A stretch of 64,000 nt of DNA, taken from assembly GCA_002269645.1 (NCBI GenBank), contig NIVC01001613.1, positions 1-64,000 of the forward strand. Reading direction: 5' to 3'. The notes below the pieces were generated by a model. That model worked only from the letters and a program-made list of their open reading frames with translations. It was not told the origin of the DNA and did no database searches. The position numbers and the translations under genes were made by a program. Shown here piece after piece: positions 29,490-41,600 of the stretch. This DNA comes from Macrostomum lignano (lineage: Eukaryota). The number at the start of each line of letters is the position of its first letter. Within the stretch, counting starts at the first letter, position 1.

Positions 29490-31573
29490 ATGGCCGACTG
29501 CGGCGACGACAAGCGCGACGCATCCTCCGCTGGTAAAACCCGGCGTAGACCAAAAATACCTCTGCCGGTGGAGCAGCCGCAGCCCCTGCCAATACCCATT
29601 GCTAATGATCAGCCACTGACCGAGAAGACAACCATTCGCCTGTCTGGGGAAGATGTCGAAGTTCACGTCAACGATTTAGAAGTGATTGACAAGCTCGGGC
29701 AGGTCAGTGCTTATGTTTTTATGTTTTTGGGCTTTATTAAGACACATGATAGACAACTATTGAACTAAAAAGACACATTATCCTCAGTGACAGACACAAC
29801 TCAGTCTATCTAAAAAGACACATTATTATCCTCAATGTCAGACACAACTCTGTCTATCTAAAAAGACACACTATTATCCTCAATGTCAGACACAACTCTG
29901 TCTATCTAAAAAGACACACTATTATCCTCGATGTCAGACACAACTCAGTCTATCTAAAAAGACACATTATTATCCTCGATGTCAGACACAACTCAGTCTA
30001 TCTAAAAAGACACATTGTTGTCCTCAATGTCGGACACAACTCAGTCTATCTAAAAGGACACATTATTATCCTCAATGTCAGACACAACTCAGTCTAACTA
30101 AAAGGACACATTATTATCCTCAATGTCAGACACAACTCAGTCTATCTAAAAAGACACTTTGGTATCTAATTAGAGACACATTATGGTAGACACTATCTAT
30201 TATAACAGACAACATATATTTGCAGAGCAACGAAATTCTGCCAACCTGAAGCACTTTAATCCCCATCGAATTATTAATCCCACAATTGCCAGGGCCAATA
30301 CGGAGTAGTAGAGAAAGTCCGGCACAAGAACACCAACTGTCTATTCGCTCTCAAGCGTGTGCGGCATTCGTTTGACACTAAAGAGAACGAGCGTCACATT
30401 CGCGAGATTAATGTACAGCAGCGCACTACCAACTGTCCGTACGCCGTGTTCTTCTACGGGGCTCTGTTTCGCGAAGGCGACCTGATGATCCTGATGGAAC
30501 TAATGGACTTATCATTAGATCGAATGTACAAGACTGCTCATCTAGCCGACGTTAACAAACCCATACCTGGCAACGTGCTCAAACATGTAGCTTATTCTGT
30601 TCTAAGCGCTCTAGACTATATGTATCAAATTAAAATCATACACCGCGACGTGAAGCCTAGCAACATATTGACTAATAGACGGGGCCAGTTTAAAATGTGC
30701 GACTTCGGCATTGCCGGCCAGTTAGTGAATAGTTTTGCCCGGTCAGAGATTGGCTCCCAGCAGTACCTGGCTCCTGAGCGAATCGATGTGAAACGTGACG
30801 GCTCTCGCGGTTATACGTCTGTTAGCGACGTGTGGAGTTTCGGAATCACTATGGTCGAATTGGCTAACGGCAAGTATCCCTACGAGCACTGGAAGACGCC
30901 GTTTCAACAGATTAACGACATTTTAAATGGGCCTACACCGAAGCTGCGGGATGACGATCCCCGATTCGATCCTGAACTGCGAGACTTTGTTGGTGAGCGT
31001 TCTGAGGCTTTGGTACACGTCTGCTGAGGTATTGGGTGTCTGCTAAGGTATTGGGGTGTCTGCTGAGGTATTGGTGTGTCTGCTAAGGTATTGGGGTGTC
31101 TGCTGAAGGATTGGAGGGTGTCTGCTGAAAGATTGGAGAATGTCTGCTGAAGGATCAAAGGGTGTCTGCTGAAGGATCAAAGGGTGTCTGCTGAAGGATT
31201 GGAGGGTGTCTGCTGAAGGATCGGAGGGTGTCTGCTGAAGGATCGGAGGGTGTCTGCTGAAGGATCGGAGGGTGTCTGCTGAAGGATCGGAGGGTGTCTG
31301 CTGAAGGATCGGAGGGTGTCTGCTGAATGATCGGAGGGTGTCTGCTGAAGGATCTGGGACATACCAAGGACCAATCTCGCTTTGATTCCAGGCAAATGCC
31401 TTGTCAAAAACCCAAGCGAACGATGGCGCTTCAATCAGCTGCTGAAGCACAGCTTCCTGTCCGGCTGCGACCGGCCCGAGACGCTGGAATCGATGCAGGA
31501 GGAAACTGCCGTATTCGTCAAGCTGATTCTGGACGTTATGGAGGCAAAAAAGGCTCAGCAGTACAGCGGTTGA
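29490..31573 (+). CDS. MAP2K6: Dual-specificity MAP kinase kinase, MKK3/6 (p38 pathway) type, ~364 aa. Exons 29490-29702, 30293-30992, 31392-31573
   Basis: LGQ|GQYGVVEK, HRDVKPSNIL, CDFGIAG, YLAPERID, SDVWSFGITMVELA; N-terminal D-site RRRPKIPL; C-terminal AVFVKLILD resembles the MKK6 DVD site. Phases match. Confidence 0.88.
29765..30160. repeat. 48-bp tandem repeat in MAP2K intron 1
   Basis: About 8 copies of AAAAGACACATTATTATCCTCAATGTCAGACACAACTCAGTCTATCTA. Confidence 0.92.
31015..31355. repeat. 22-bp tandem repeat GGAGGGTGTCTGCTGAAGGATC in MAP2K intron 2
   Basis: About 15 copies. Confidence 0.92.
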
Positions 31574-32589
31574 GTTGATCTAGCTAATCAACTATATTAA
31601 TATTGGATAATGCATATTTCAAAACACATTGTATGTATTCCTGTCCTATATACATCTGTGTGGCCGCCATAGATGATCTATATTTTACTATATATATATA
31701 GTTCAAAAGCGTGTCAAAGTGCCCAGGATACTAGCTAGTGACTCTGTTTCCCCTGTCTAAATTTTATTGAATTGTCTATAGATGAATATCTATTTAATTG
31801 TCTATGGATCAATATCTACAGATATGTCTAGACAATGGTTAAATCCACAGAATATTCTGTGGTAAAATCCACTTTAAATCGCCAGAGTTCTATAATAGAA
31901 AACGACCTATTAATGGTTGCTTATAATGAATTATAATCAAACGATACATTAGTTTAAAAAACAAAAGCTGTGTCCTTAGTCCCAGTGTATCCCCAAAAAA
32001 TCCACTATTTTGTACTCTATTATTCTATATGTGACAATGTGTCAGTTTTTTAAACAACAAAATCAATTTGCTCACACAATTTTTTCTTGCAGCCGAAAGT
32101 TGTCTGACTGATTTCGAACTGATTGTGTTCATTCTATACATGCAAATGTGAAACTTATATATAATATACGTAAAGTTTTCGTACAAATCGTAAAAATTAC
32201 TTGTATTTAATGACACAGATGACAAGTTTTCTTTGATTGTAACCATAATTGCATAGTGCATCGATCATGTTTGATTTTTTCAACAGTGAAGTTTGACAAA
32301 AATTCTGTTATCTTTAACTAGCTATTAAGCCTAATAAATGAAAATTAATATATAATAATTGACACTAATAATCTTTCCATACTTACTGTTATAATATTAG
32401 GTTTGCTTACAGATACTAGAATGCCTAGATGTCACTCGCCATTGTCACTTTACTCTGTTTTCTGTAGTTTTTTTCTGCACAGTGTCGCTTAAATTTGATG
32501 AATGTGGCAGCTAAAATTTCCTTTCCTACCTCGGGGTTTGTGGCATCAGAGGGGTTCAAAATGAACAACTCGATGTACACAAGTGAATG

Positions 32590-33470
32590 CAAGACGGACA
32601 AAACTTAGCCTAGGGGCAGGCCTAATCTAGCTCAGCCAATGAGAGAGCAGCGAGGAGAGAGGTCAAAGTTAGACAGAAGAAACTCAGCCTAGGGCCAGGG
32701 GGGCAGTTAATCTATTGTAGCTCAGTCAATGAGAGAGCAGTGAGGAGAGAGGTTAAAGTTAGATGAAACTTAGCCTAGGGCAGGTCCAATCTAGCTCAGC
32801 CAATAAGAGAGCAGTAAGGAGAGAGGTTAAAGTTAGATGAAACTTAGCCTAGGGCAGGTCCAATCTAGCTCAGCCAATAAGAGAGCAGTAAGGAGAGAGG
32901 TTAAAGTTAGATGAAACTTAGCCTAGGGCAGGTCCAATCTAGCTCAGCCAATAAGAGAGCAGCGAGGAGAGAGGTCAAAGTTAGACTGAAGAAACTCAGC
33001 CTAGGGCCAGGGGGGCAGTTAATCTATTGTAGCTCAGTCAATGAGAGAGCAATGAGGAGAGAGGTTAAAGTTAGATGAAACTTAGCCTAGGGCAGGTCCA
33101 ATCTAGCTCAGCCAATAAGAGAGCAGTAAGGAGAGAGGTTAAAGTTAGATTAAACTTAGCCTAGGGCAGGTCCAATCTAGCTCAGCCAATAAGAGAGCAG
33201 TAAGGAGAGAGGTTAAAGTTAGATGAAACTTAGCCTAAGGCAGGTCCAATCTAGCTCAGCCAATAAGAGAGCAGTAAGGATAGAGGTTAAAGTTACACAG
33301 ACGAAACTCAGCCTAGCGGGCAGGTCCAGTCTAGCTCAGCCAATGAGAGAGCAGTAAGGAAAGAGGGTCAAAGTCAGACAGACGAAACTCAGCCTAGGGG
33401 GCAGGTCCAGTAACTCAGCCAATGAGAGAGTAGTAAGGAGAGAGAGGTCAAAGTCAGACACAAACGGGCA
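32590..33470. repeat. Intergenic ~70-bp tandem repeat (AAACTTAGCCTAGGGCAGGTCCAATCTAGCTCAGCCAATAAGAGAGCAGTAAGGAGAGAGGTTAAAGTTAGATG) with a longer variant unit
   Basis: About 11 copies between the MAP2K and metaxin genes. Confidence 0.92.
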
Positions 33471-34289
33471 ACAAGAAAGCCAAACTGTTTATCGGCCTGG
33501 CTGGCGAGGCTTCCCTTTTCTCTCTCACACGCCATGCACACTGTCTTGAAGTAGTTTTTAAAAATAATTTTATTTCCTGAAAAGACTACCTAAGCGCAGT
33601 TTTGCGAGTGACGTATCTAGTTATTTTAGCATCTGTTGGTCTACTACACGTTTAATATCTCACTAATTCTATTAATTGTCTACAATGTGCCGATATGTAG
33701 AGTTGAGAACTTGTAGGTGCACAGTTTTGTAAAAGACAAAAATATTGAATTCATTGCGTATACTTAGACAACGCTATTCAGATGCACTGTTATATTTCAT
33801 ATGCAAAAAAGTTATGGTGCTGCAATGTTGCCTAATTGTACTTTTAGCTACGCTGTCTCTATAATATATATTTCAGTGTAATGAAATATTGCTTTTTATT
33901 TAAATTCCCTATCACGTTAAATCTAAGCAAAAATATGTCATATTGGGCGGTAGTCATAATTCTCTAATTTATCAAAATAATTAAATTTATTTTTTATGTA
34001 TAGAATAGTTAACTAAATTTATTCAATACGTACTTTTGTCTTATGTCAATACGCACGTGAATATAGGACTGATTTTGTGTGTCTGTGTGTTTTAATTAAA
34101 TCATCGACATAAAATTGTGTTCTTTCTGGGTCTTTTTTGACATTAGCGTTCCTTTTTATTATTTTGTCAAACTATTAGGGCAAATGTCCTAGCTTGACTA
34201 CTGAAACTAGGACAGAAGAAACCTTAGCCGAGTTTACAAAACCTCCAATTCATTTTTTTGTATCATTCTTTCTAGCTACCCTGGTTTTC

Positions 34290-37090
34290 ATGGCTACCAA
34301 AGATGAGGCAACCCTGTTGCTAACAACAGGTAAAAATTATTGACTTTATGGCTACATTTTTCAATTTACTTTTTTGTGTTAAATTTATCATCTATAAATC
34401 TGCTTCTAGAAGAGGCCGATCTGCCATCGGAGCGACTGTTTGCCGAGTGCTTGCGGCTGCTTTTGCATCGGTACGGCATTGCCTTCACGGAATCCAGGCT
34501 TCGCAACTGCGAATGGGTTTCGCCTACCGGTGAGGGCAATCCCTGATTGGCTGAAACCCATCTAGTCAGCCCCTGATTGGCTGAAACTTATCTAGTCAGC
34601 CTTTGATTGGCTGAAACCCATCTAGTCAACCCTTGATTGGCTGAAACCCATCTAGTCAACCCCTGATTGGCTGAAACCCATCTAGTCAGCCGTTGATTGG
34701 CTGAAACTCATCTAGTCAGCCCCTGATTGACTGAAACCCATCTAGTCAGCCCCTTATTGGCTGTAACTCATCTAGTCAGCCCCTTATTGGCTGTAACTTA
34801 TCTAGTCAGCCTCTGATTGGCTGAAACTCATCTAGTCAGCCCCTTATTGGCTGTAACTCTAGTCAGCCCCTGATTGACTGAAACCCATCTAGTCAGCCCC
34901 TGATAGGCTGAAACTCATCTAGTCAACCCCTGATTGGCTGAAACCCATCTAGTCAACCCCTGATTGGCTGAAACCCATCTAGTCAGCCGTTGATTGGCTG
35001 AAACTCATCTAGTCAGCCCCTGATTGACTGAAACCCATCTAGTCAGCCCCTTATTGGCTGTAACTCATCTAGTCAGCCCCTTATTGGCTGTAACTTATCT
35101 AGTCAGCCTCTGATTGGCTGAAACTCATCTAGTCAGCCCCTTATTGGCTGTAACTCATCTAGTCAGCCCCTGATTGACTGAAACCCATCTAGTCAGCCCC
35201 TGATAGGCTGAAACTCATCTAGTCAACCCCTGATTGGCTGAAACCCATCTAGTCAGCCGTTGATTGGCTGAAACTCATCTCGTCAGCCCCTGATTGACTA
35301 AAACCCATCTAGTCAGCCCCTGATTGACTGAAACCCATCTAGTCAGCCCCTTATTGGCTGTAACTCATCTAGTCAGCCCCTTATTGGCTGTAACTTATCT
35401 AGTCAGCCTCTGATTGGCTGAAACTCATCTAGTCAGCCCCTTATTGGCTGTAACTCATCTAGTCAGCCCCTGATTGACTGAAACCCATCTAGTCAGCCCC
35501 TGATAGGCTGAAACTCATCTAGTCAGCCTCTGATTGGCTGAAACTCATCTAGTCAGCCCCTGATTGGCTGAAACTCATCTAGTCAGCCTCTGATTGGCTG
35601 AAATCGCTTCTAGTTCCTTATTGGCTGAACCACTTTCGGATTTCTGATTTGCTGACACCCTCTCGACATTTGCTGACACCTCTTCGCGAACATCGAGTTT
35701 TTAGCCGTTAGTCAATTTATCACACATCACGAATGCTTCGCAGGCTTATCACCAGTGATTCACCACGAAGGCCAACTAATGACCGACTTTGCCTGCATCT
35801 GCGATCATTATCAGCGCAGTCGTGGCCTTCAAAATCCGCTGCCGGGCGCCTCTACCGGCGGCGGCGGCCAGGGTCCCGATGGAGAGGCGCAGGGCCAGTC
35901 TAAAGTCCTTATGGCTACTGTTCAGTCCTATATCAGCGCATTCAGCTCATCGATATCTTGTCTGATAGATCACCTGACCTGGATACCGGATTCAACCTAT
36001 TCTAATATTACTAAACCTCGCTACGCATCCGGTATGGTTAGGCCACTCGCTTGGCTGCTTCCCGGCCAGGCAAGGTCCCGAGTTCGAGCCCGTTTAGACA
36101 CCGTCGGATGGCTCAAAAATCAACAGGTGTGACCTTTTTGTCAATGTATTTTATATCAATCTTGAAATCTGCTGTTCCGTGTTTTACATTCTTTCCTTCG
36201 TTCGTTTCTTGTTGCGAGCCTCTCTTGTCCTCGGCTGACCTCTTTTGTCCTCGGCTGACCTCTTTTGTCCACGGCTGACCTCTTTTGTCCACAGCTGACC
36301 TCTTCTGTCCTTGGCTGACTTCTCTTGTCCTCGGCTGACCTCTCTTGTCCTCGGCTGACCTCTATTGTCCTCAGCTGACCTTTCTTGTCCTCGGTTGACC
36401 GCTCTTGTCCTCCGTCTCGATTGACCTCTCTTGTCCTCCGTCTCGATTGACCTCTTTTGTCCTCCGTCTCGATTGACCTCTTTTGTCCTCCGTCTCGATT
36501 GACCTCTATTGTCCTCCTCTCTTGACCTCTCTTGTCTTCGATTGACTTTTAGTCATTAGTTGCCCCTTTTAAGTAGACCTATTTTTCTTCTCTGTTCTCC
36601 TATTGTTTACGAACGTACAGTTGACCTTGACTATATCCTCAGCTGATCCTATGCTATGTGTATAGCACAGAAAATTGTCAATATGTCAGATTTTTAGACT
36701 GTCAGTCTGTCAGCCTGTCAGAATGTCAGTCTGTCAGATTATCTGACTGTCCGATTGTCAGACTCAGATTGTCAGACTATATGTGTGGTGGTGCATTACT
36801 TGATATCTAGGTAAACTAGGTAATCCAAACTCCTGCAACATCCGCAGGCAAGCGAAGAGGCCAGCTGGTTATTCTCATCTCTAGGACTGCTAGCCAAAGA
36901 GCAATCAACTGGTCACCTGCTCAATAGTGCTCAGCCAACCGGCCTAGACTGCCTAGCCTGCGGTCTGGTCACCTTTGCACTGGCCTGTGAGCACGAGATT
37001 GGCTGCGAGATTCTGTACGAACTGGTTTTGGCTCAGCCAGACTTATTGGCTTATCAGAAAGCTCTGGTGCCTAGGCTAATGCCTAGGTAA
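34290..37090 (+). CDS. MTX2: Metaxin (mitochondrial outer-membrane SAM component, GST-like fold), MTX2-like, 261 aa. Exons 34290-34329, 34410-34529, 35744-36126, 36848-37090
   Basis: Phases match and the total is 786 nt. EWVSPTGLSPVI corresponds to metaxin EYMSPSGKVPFI; ITKPRYASGMVRPLAWLL to ITHARYGSPYPWPLNHIL; QPTGLDCLACG to QPTELDALVFG (reference motifs recalled from the family). Confidence 0.78.
34540..35625. repeat. 30-bp tandem repeat GATTGGCTGAAACCCATCTAGTCAGCCCCT in metaxin intron 2
   Basis: About 35 copies with recurring variant blocks. Confidence 0.95.
36220..36545. repeat. 20-25-bp pyrimidine-rich tandem repeat (CTCTTGTCCTCGGCTGACCT) in metaxin intron 3
   Basis: About 14 copies, drifting from a 20-bp to a ~25-bp variant. 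Confidence 0.88.
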
Positions 37091-37774
37091 TATAGTGCTA
37101 ATCATTTCTAGGCTTTTTCCTACTGTCGTTTGTTAGTTGCTCTTTAAAGTTATTCGTTACGATTTCTAGCATATATAGTACTCTAAAGTAGTAAATAGTT
37201 GCATTTTTATGTTAAAAATTTAACTTGCAGGGTTTGTTGGCGTTTGATTATTTAAACATTTTTGTTTTAAGTTATTAACTAAATTGGGCATCAATCATTA
37301 CACAGAGCATTCCTGTGTTAGTCTATCTGATATTATTATTGCTATTTTGAAGTATAGAATATAATCCATCTTCAAATAAAGTGCGATTTTGGCCACCAGT
37401 GAGAATGATTTTCTAAAGAAATGTCTTCCTACCATGGATACTTAAAAGTTTTAGAAGTTAGGTTTTTGATATTGTAACTGTATTTAGTTAAATAGTTTGT
37501 GTAATACCAATAATAACATCTTTCCGCCCAATATAGTTTGTCGTTAATAATTACATAAGTGCTAAATTAGAAGAATTAGTAAATTGAAATTTGGCTTAAT
37601 ATTTTCTATAATATTTTATTTTCGCTCTTACTGAAGGAGGCTGTTAGTGTCTTTGTTATTTTTTAACCTTTTTTGAATAATTAAAGTCTTAAGGTGTACT
37701 CTGTGTAGTTTAGTAGATGGCATGTATACAGTGGATCAACTTTGTTGGTATAGTGTTGGGTAATCAGGGATATC

Positions 37775-38535
37775 TGTTGCTAGACAGTGATATCTGTTAC
37801 TAGGCAATGGAATCTGTTGCTAGCCAGTAGGATTTGTTGCTAAACAGTGGAATCTGTTGCTAGGTCGTGGGGTCTTTTGCTAGGCAGTGGGATCTGTTGC
37901 TAGGCCGTAGGATCTGTTGCTAGGTAGTGGGGTCTGTTGCTAGGCAGTGGGATCTGTTGCTAGGCAGTGGGATCTGTTGCTTGGCAGTGGGATCTGTTGC
38001 TAGGCAGTAGGATCTGTTGCTAGGCAGTGGGATCTGTTGCTTGGCAGTGGGATCTGTTGCTAGGCAGTGGGATCAGCTAGGCAGTGGGATCTGTTGCTAG
38101 GCAGTGAGATCTGTTGCTAGGCAGCAGGATCTTTTGCTAGGCAGTGGGATCTGTTGCTAGGCAGTGGGATCTGTTGCTAGGTAGTGGGGTCTGTTGCTAG
38201 GCAGTGGGATCTGTTGCTAGGCAGTGGGATCTGTTGCTAGGTAGTGAGATCTGTTGCTAGGCAGCAGGATCTTTTGCTAGGCAGTGGGATCTGTTGCTAG
38301 GCAGTGAGATCTGTTAGGTAAGCAGGGGTATCTGTTGCTAGGCAGTATGATCTGTTGCTAGGCAGTGGGATCTGTTGCTAGGTAGTGGGGTCTATTGCTA
38401 GGCAGTGGGATCTGTTGCTAGGCAGTAGGATCTGTTGCTAGGCAGTGGGATATTTTGCTAGACTGTGGGATCTGTTGCTAGGCAACGGGATCTGTTGCTA
38501 GGCAATGGGATCTGTTGCTAGGCAATGGGGTCTGT
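37775..38535. repeat. 20-bp tandem repeat GGGATCTGTTGCTAGGCAGT, between metaxin and FAF2
   Basis: About 37 copies. Confidence 0.95.
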
Positions 38536-38678
38536 TGAGTAGGCTGGTCGATCTGTTTGGTACACAATTTTTTCTACATATTTCTGCCACAGTTCACAGT
38601 GTCGCATTATTTTCGTTATTGACCTGAAACTACTGCGGCCGTCTATTAATCTTACCTAAGCCTGCGCAGAGCCAATCA

Positions 38679-41600
38679 ATGTCAGACGAAGAAGTGAATT
38701 TATCGGCAACATCGAATGCCGCCAGAAGCTCGGAATTAAAAGAAGATGCAGCCAAGAAAAATTGCAATAATGCCCAAACAAATAGCGACCAGGATGATTT
38801 AAATGACTCAGAAGAGAATGGGCAACAGCAGCAAAACAATGACGAATTAGCTAGCAGTTCGGAAGATTCCGACGAAGCAGAAAAAGAAGAAAACGACTAC
38901 GAGGAACAATTATCGATGTCGCAAACTGAGACTCTGCTGCATTATCAGCAGATATCCGGCTTAGAGCTGCCGCAATGTCGTCGTCAACTGGAAGAAGTCG
39001 ATTGGGATCTGATGCAAGCTACTGATCGCTTATTCGGCGGTAGCGTTGGTAACTTGCAGCAGCAGCGGCAGCAGCAGCAGCAACATAATTCTTCTTCCTC
39101 AAATTCCTCCAGCGCCGGCGCTTCTTCTATAGTTTATCAGCGTCGATCGGTGGCGCCAGCGCCGGCGCCGCCTCCACTGCTAGCGTCGGACTCTCGGGCC
39201 CGTCTAGTGACCGCAGCCGGACCGGGCAGCGGGCAGCACAGGCCGCAACAGGCTCCGGTGGGCTGGTTCCGCTGGATTGAGAGTATCGTTATGCTTCCAT
39301 TCCGATTCTTTAGCCACTCTGTTGGGTCTTTGTTGCGCTTTGTATTGTCCATTCTGCGCCCTGCCGCTGTGGCTGCAGCCCCGCGCCGGCCAGTGGTGGA
39401 TCCAGTTGGCGATGTCCGACAGTTCTTGGAGCAGTTTGAGCAGCTGTACGGCGAGCAGCATCCCGTCGTTCGAGTGTGCTCTTACAGTCAGGTGCGTTTG
39501 ATTTTTAGAACTGGGATTCGATAAGCAACCAATTTTGTTTCTTAGAATTGGGAAGCAACCAAGTTTGTTTCTTAGAATTGGGAAGCAACCAAGTTTGTTT
39601 CTTAGAATTGGGAGGCAACCAAGTTTGTTTCTTAGAATTGGGAAGCAACCAAGTTTGTTTCTTAGAATTGAGAAGCAACTTTAGAATTGGGAAGCAACCA
39701 AGTTTGTTTCTTAGAATTGGAAAGCAACCAAGTTTGTTTCTTAGAATTGAAAAACAGCCAAGTTTGTTTCGTAGAATTGGGAAGCAACCAAGTTTGTTTC
39801 TTAGAATTGGGAAGCAACCAAGTTTGTTTCTTAGAATTGGGAAGCAACCAAGTTTGTTTCATAGAATTGGGAAGCAACCAAGTTTGTTTCTTAGAATTGA
39901 GAAGCAACCAAGTTTGTTTCTTAGAATTGAAAAACAGCCACGTTTGTTTCTTAGAATTGAGAAGCAACCAAGTTTGTTTCTTAGAATTGAGAAGCAACCA
40001 AGTTTGTTTCTTAGAATTGGGAAGCAACCAAGTTTGTTTCTTAGAATTGGGAAGCAACCAAGTTTGTTTCTTAGAATTGGGAGGCAACCAAGTTTGTTTC
40101 TTAGAATTGGGAGGCAACCAAGTTTGTTTCTTAGAATTGGGAAGCAACCAAGTTTGTTTCTTAGAATTGGGAAGCAACCAAGTTTCTTTCTTAGAATTGG
40201 GAAGCAACCAAGTTTGTTTCTTAGAATTGGGAAGCAACCAGGTTTGTTTCTTAGAATTGGGAGACAACTAAGTTTGTTTCTTAGAATTGGGAAGCAACCA
40301 AGTTTGTTTCTTAGAATTGAGAAGCAACAAAGTTTGTTTCTTAGAATTGGGAGGCAACCAAGTTTGTTTCTTAGAATTGGGAGGCAACCAAGTTTGTTTC
40401 TTAGAATTGGGAAGCAACCAAGTTTGTTTCTTAGAATTGGGAAGCAACCAAGTTTGTTTCTTAGAATTGAGAAGCAACCAAGTTTGTTTCTTAGAATTGA
40501 GAAGCAACCAAGTTTGTTTCTTAGAATTGGGAAGCAACCAAGTTTGTTTCTTAGAATTGGGAAGCAACCAAGTTTGTTTCTTAGAATTGGAAAGCAACCA
40601 AGTTTGTTTCTTAGAATTGAAAAACAGCCAAGTTTGTTTCTTAGAATTGGGAAGCAACCAAGTTTGTTTCTTAGAATTGGGAAGCAACCAAGTTTGTTTC
40701 TTAGAATTGGGAAGCAACCAAGTTTGTTTCATAGAATTGGGAAGCAACCAAGTTTGTTTCTTAGAATTGAGAAGCAACCAAGTTTGTTTCTTAGAATTGA
40801 AAAACAGCCACGTTTGTTTCTTAGAATTGAGAAGCAACCAAGTTTGTTTCTTAGAATTGAGAAGCAACCAAGTTTGTTTCTTAGAATTGGGAAGCAACCA
40901 AGTTTGTTTCTTAGAATTGGGAAGCAACCAAGTTTGTTTCTTAGAATTGGGAGGCAACCAAGTTTGTTTCTTAGAATTGGGAAGCAACCAAGTTTGTTTC
41001 TTAGAATTGGGAAGCAACCAAGTTTGTTTCTTAGAATTGGGAGGCAACCAAGTTTGTTTCTTAGAATTGGGAGGCAACCAAGTTTGTTTCTTAGAATTGG
41101 GAAGCAACCAGGTTTGTTTCTTAGAATTGAGAAGCAACCAAGTTTGTTTCTTAGAATTGGGAAGCAACCAAGTTTGTTTCTTAGAATTGGGAAGCAACCA
41201 AGTTTGTTTCTTAGAATTGGGAGGCAACCAAGTTTGTTTCTTAGAATTGGGAAGCAACCAAGTTTGTTTCTTAGAATTGGGAAGCAACCAAGTTTGTTTC
41301 TTAGAATTGGGAGGCAACCAAGTTTGTTTCTTAGAATTGGGAGGCAACCAAGTTTGTTTCTTAGAATTGGGAAGCAACCAGGTTTGTTTCTTAGAATTGG
41401 GAGGCAACCAAGTTTGTTTCTTAGAATTGGGAAGCAACCAAGTTTGTTTCTTAGAATTGGGAAGCAACCAAGTTTGTTTCTTAGAATTGGGAGGCAACCA
41501 AGTTTGTTTCTTAGAATCAAGAAGCAAGCAAATTTGGAAGCAATTTTTTTTATGATCGTAAAAGGACTAACATTAAGAATCAGTGCAACTTATACAATCC

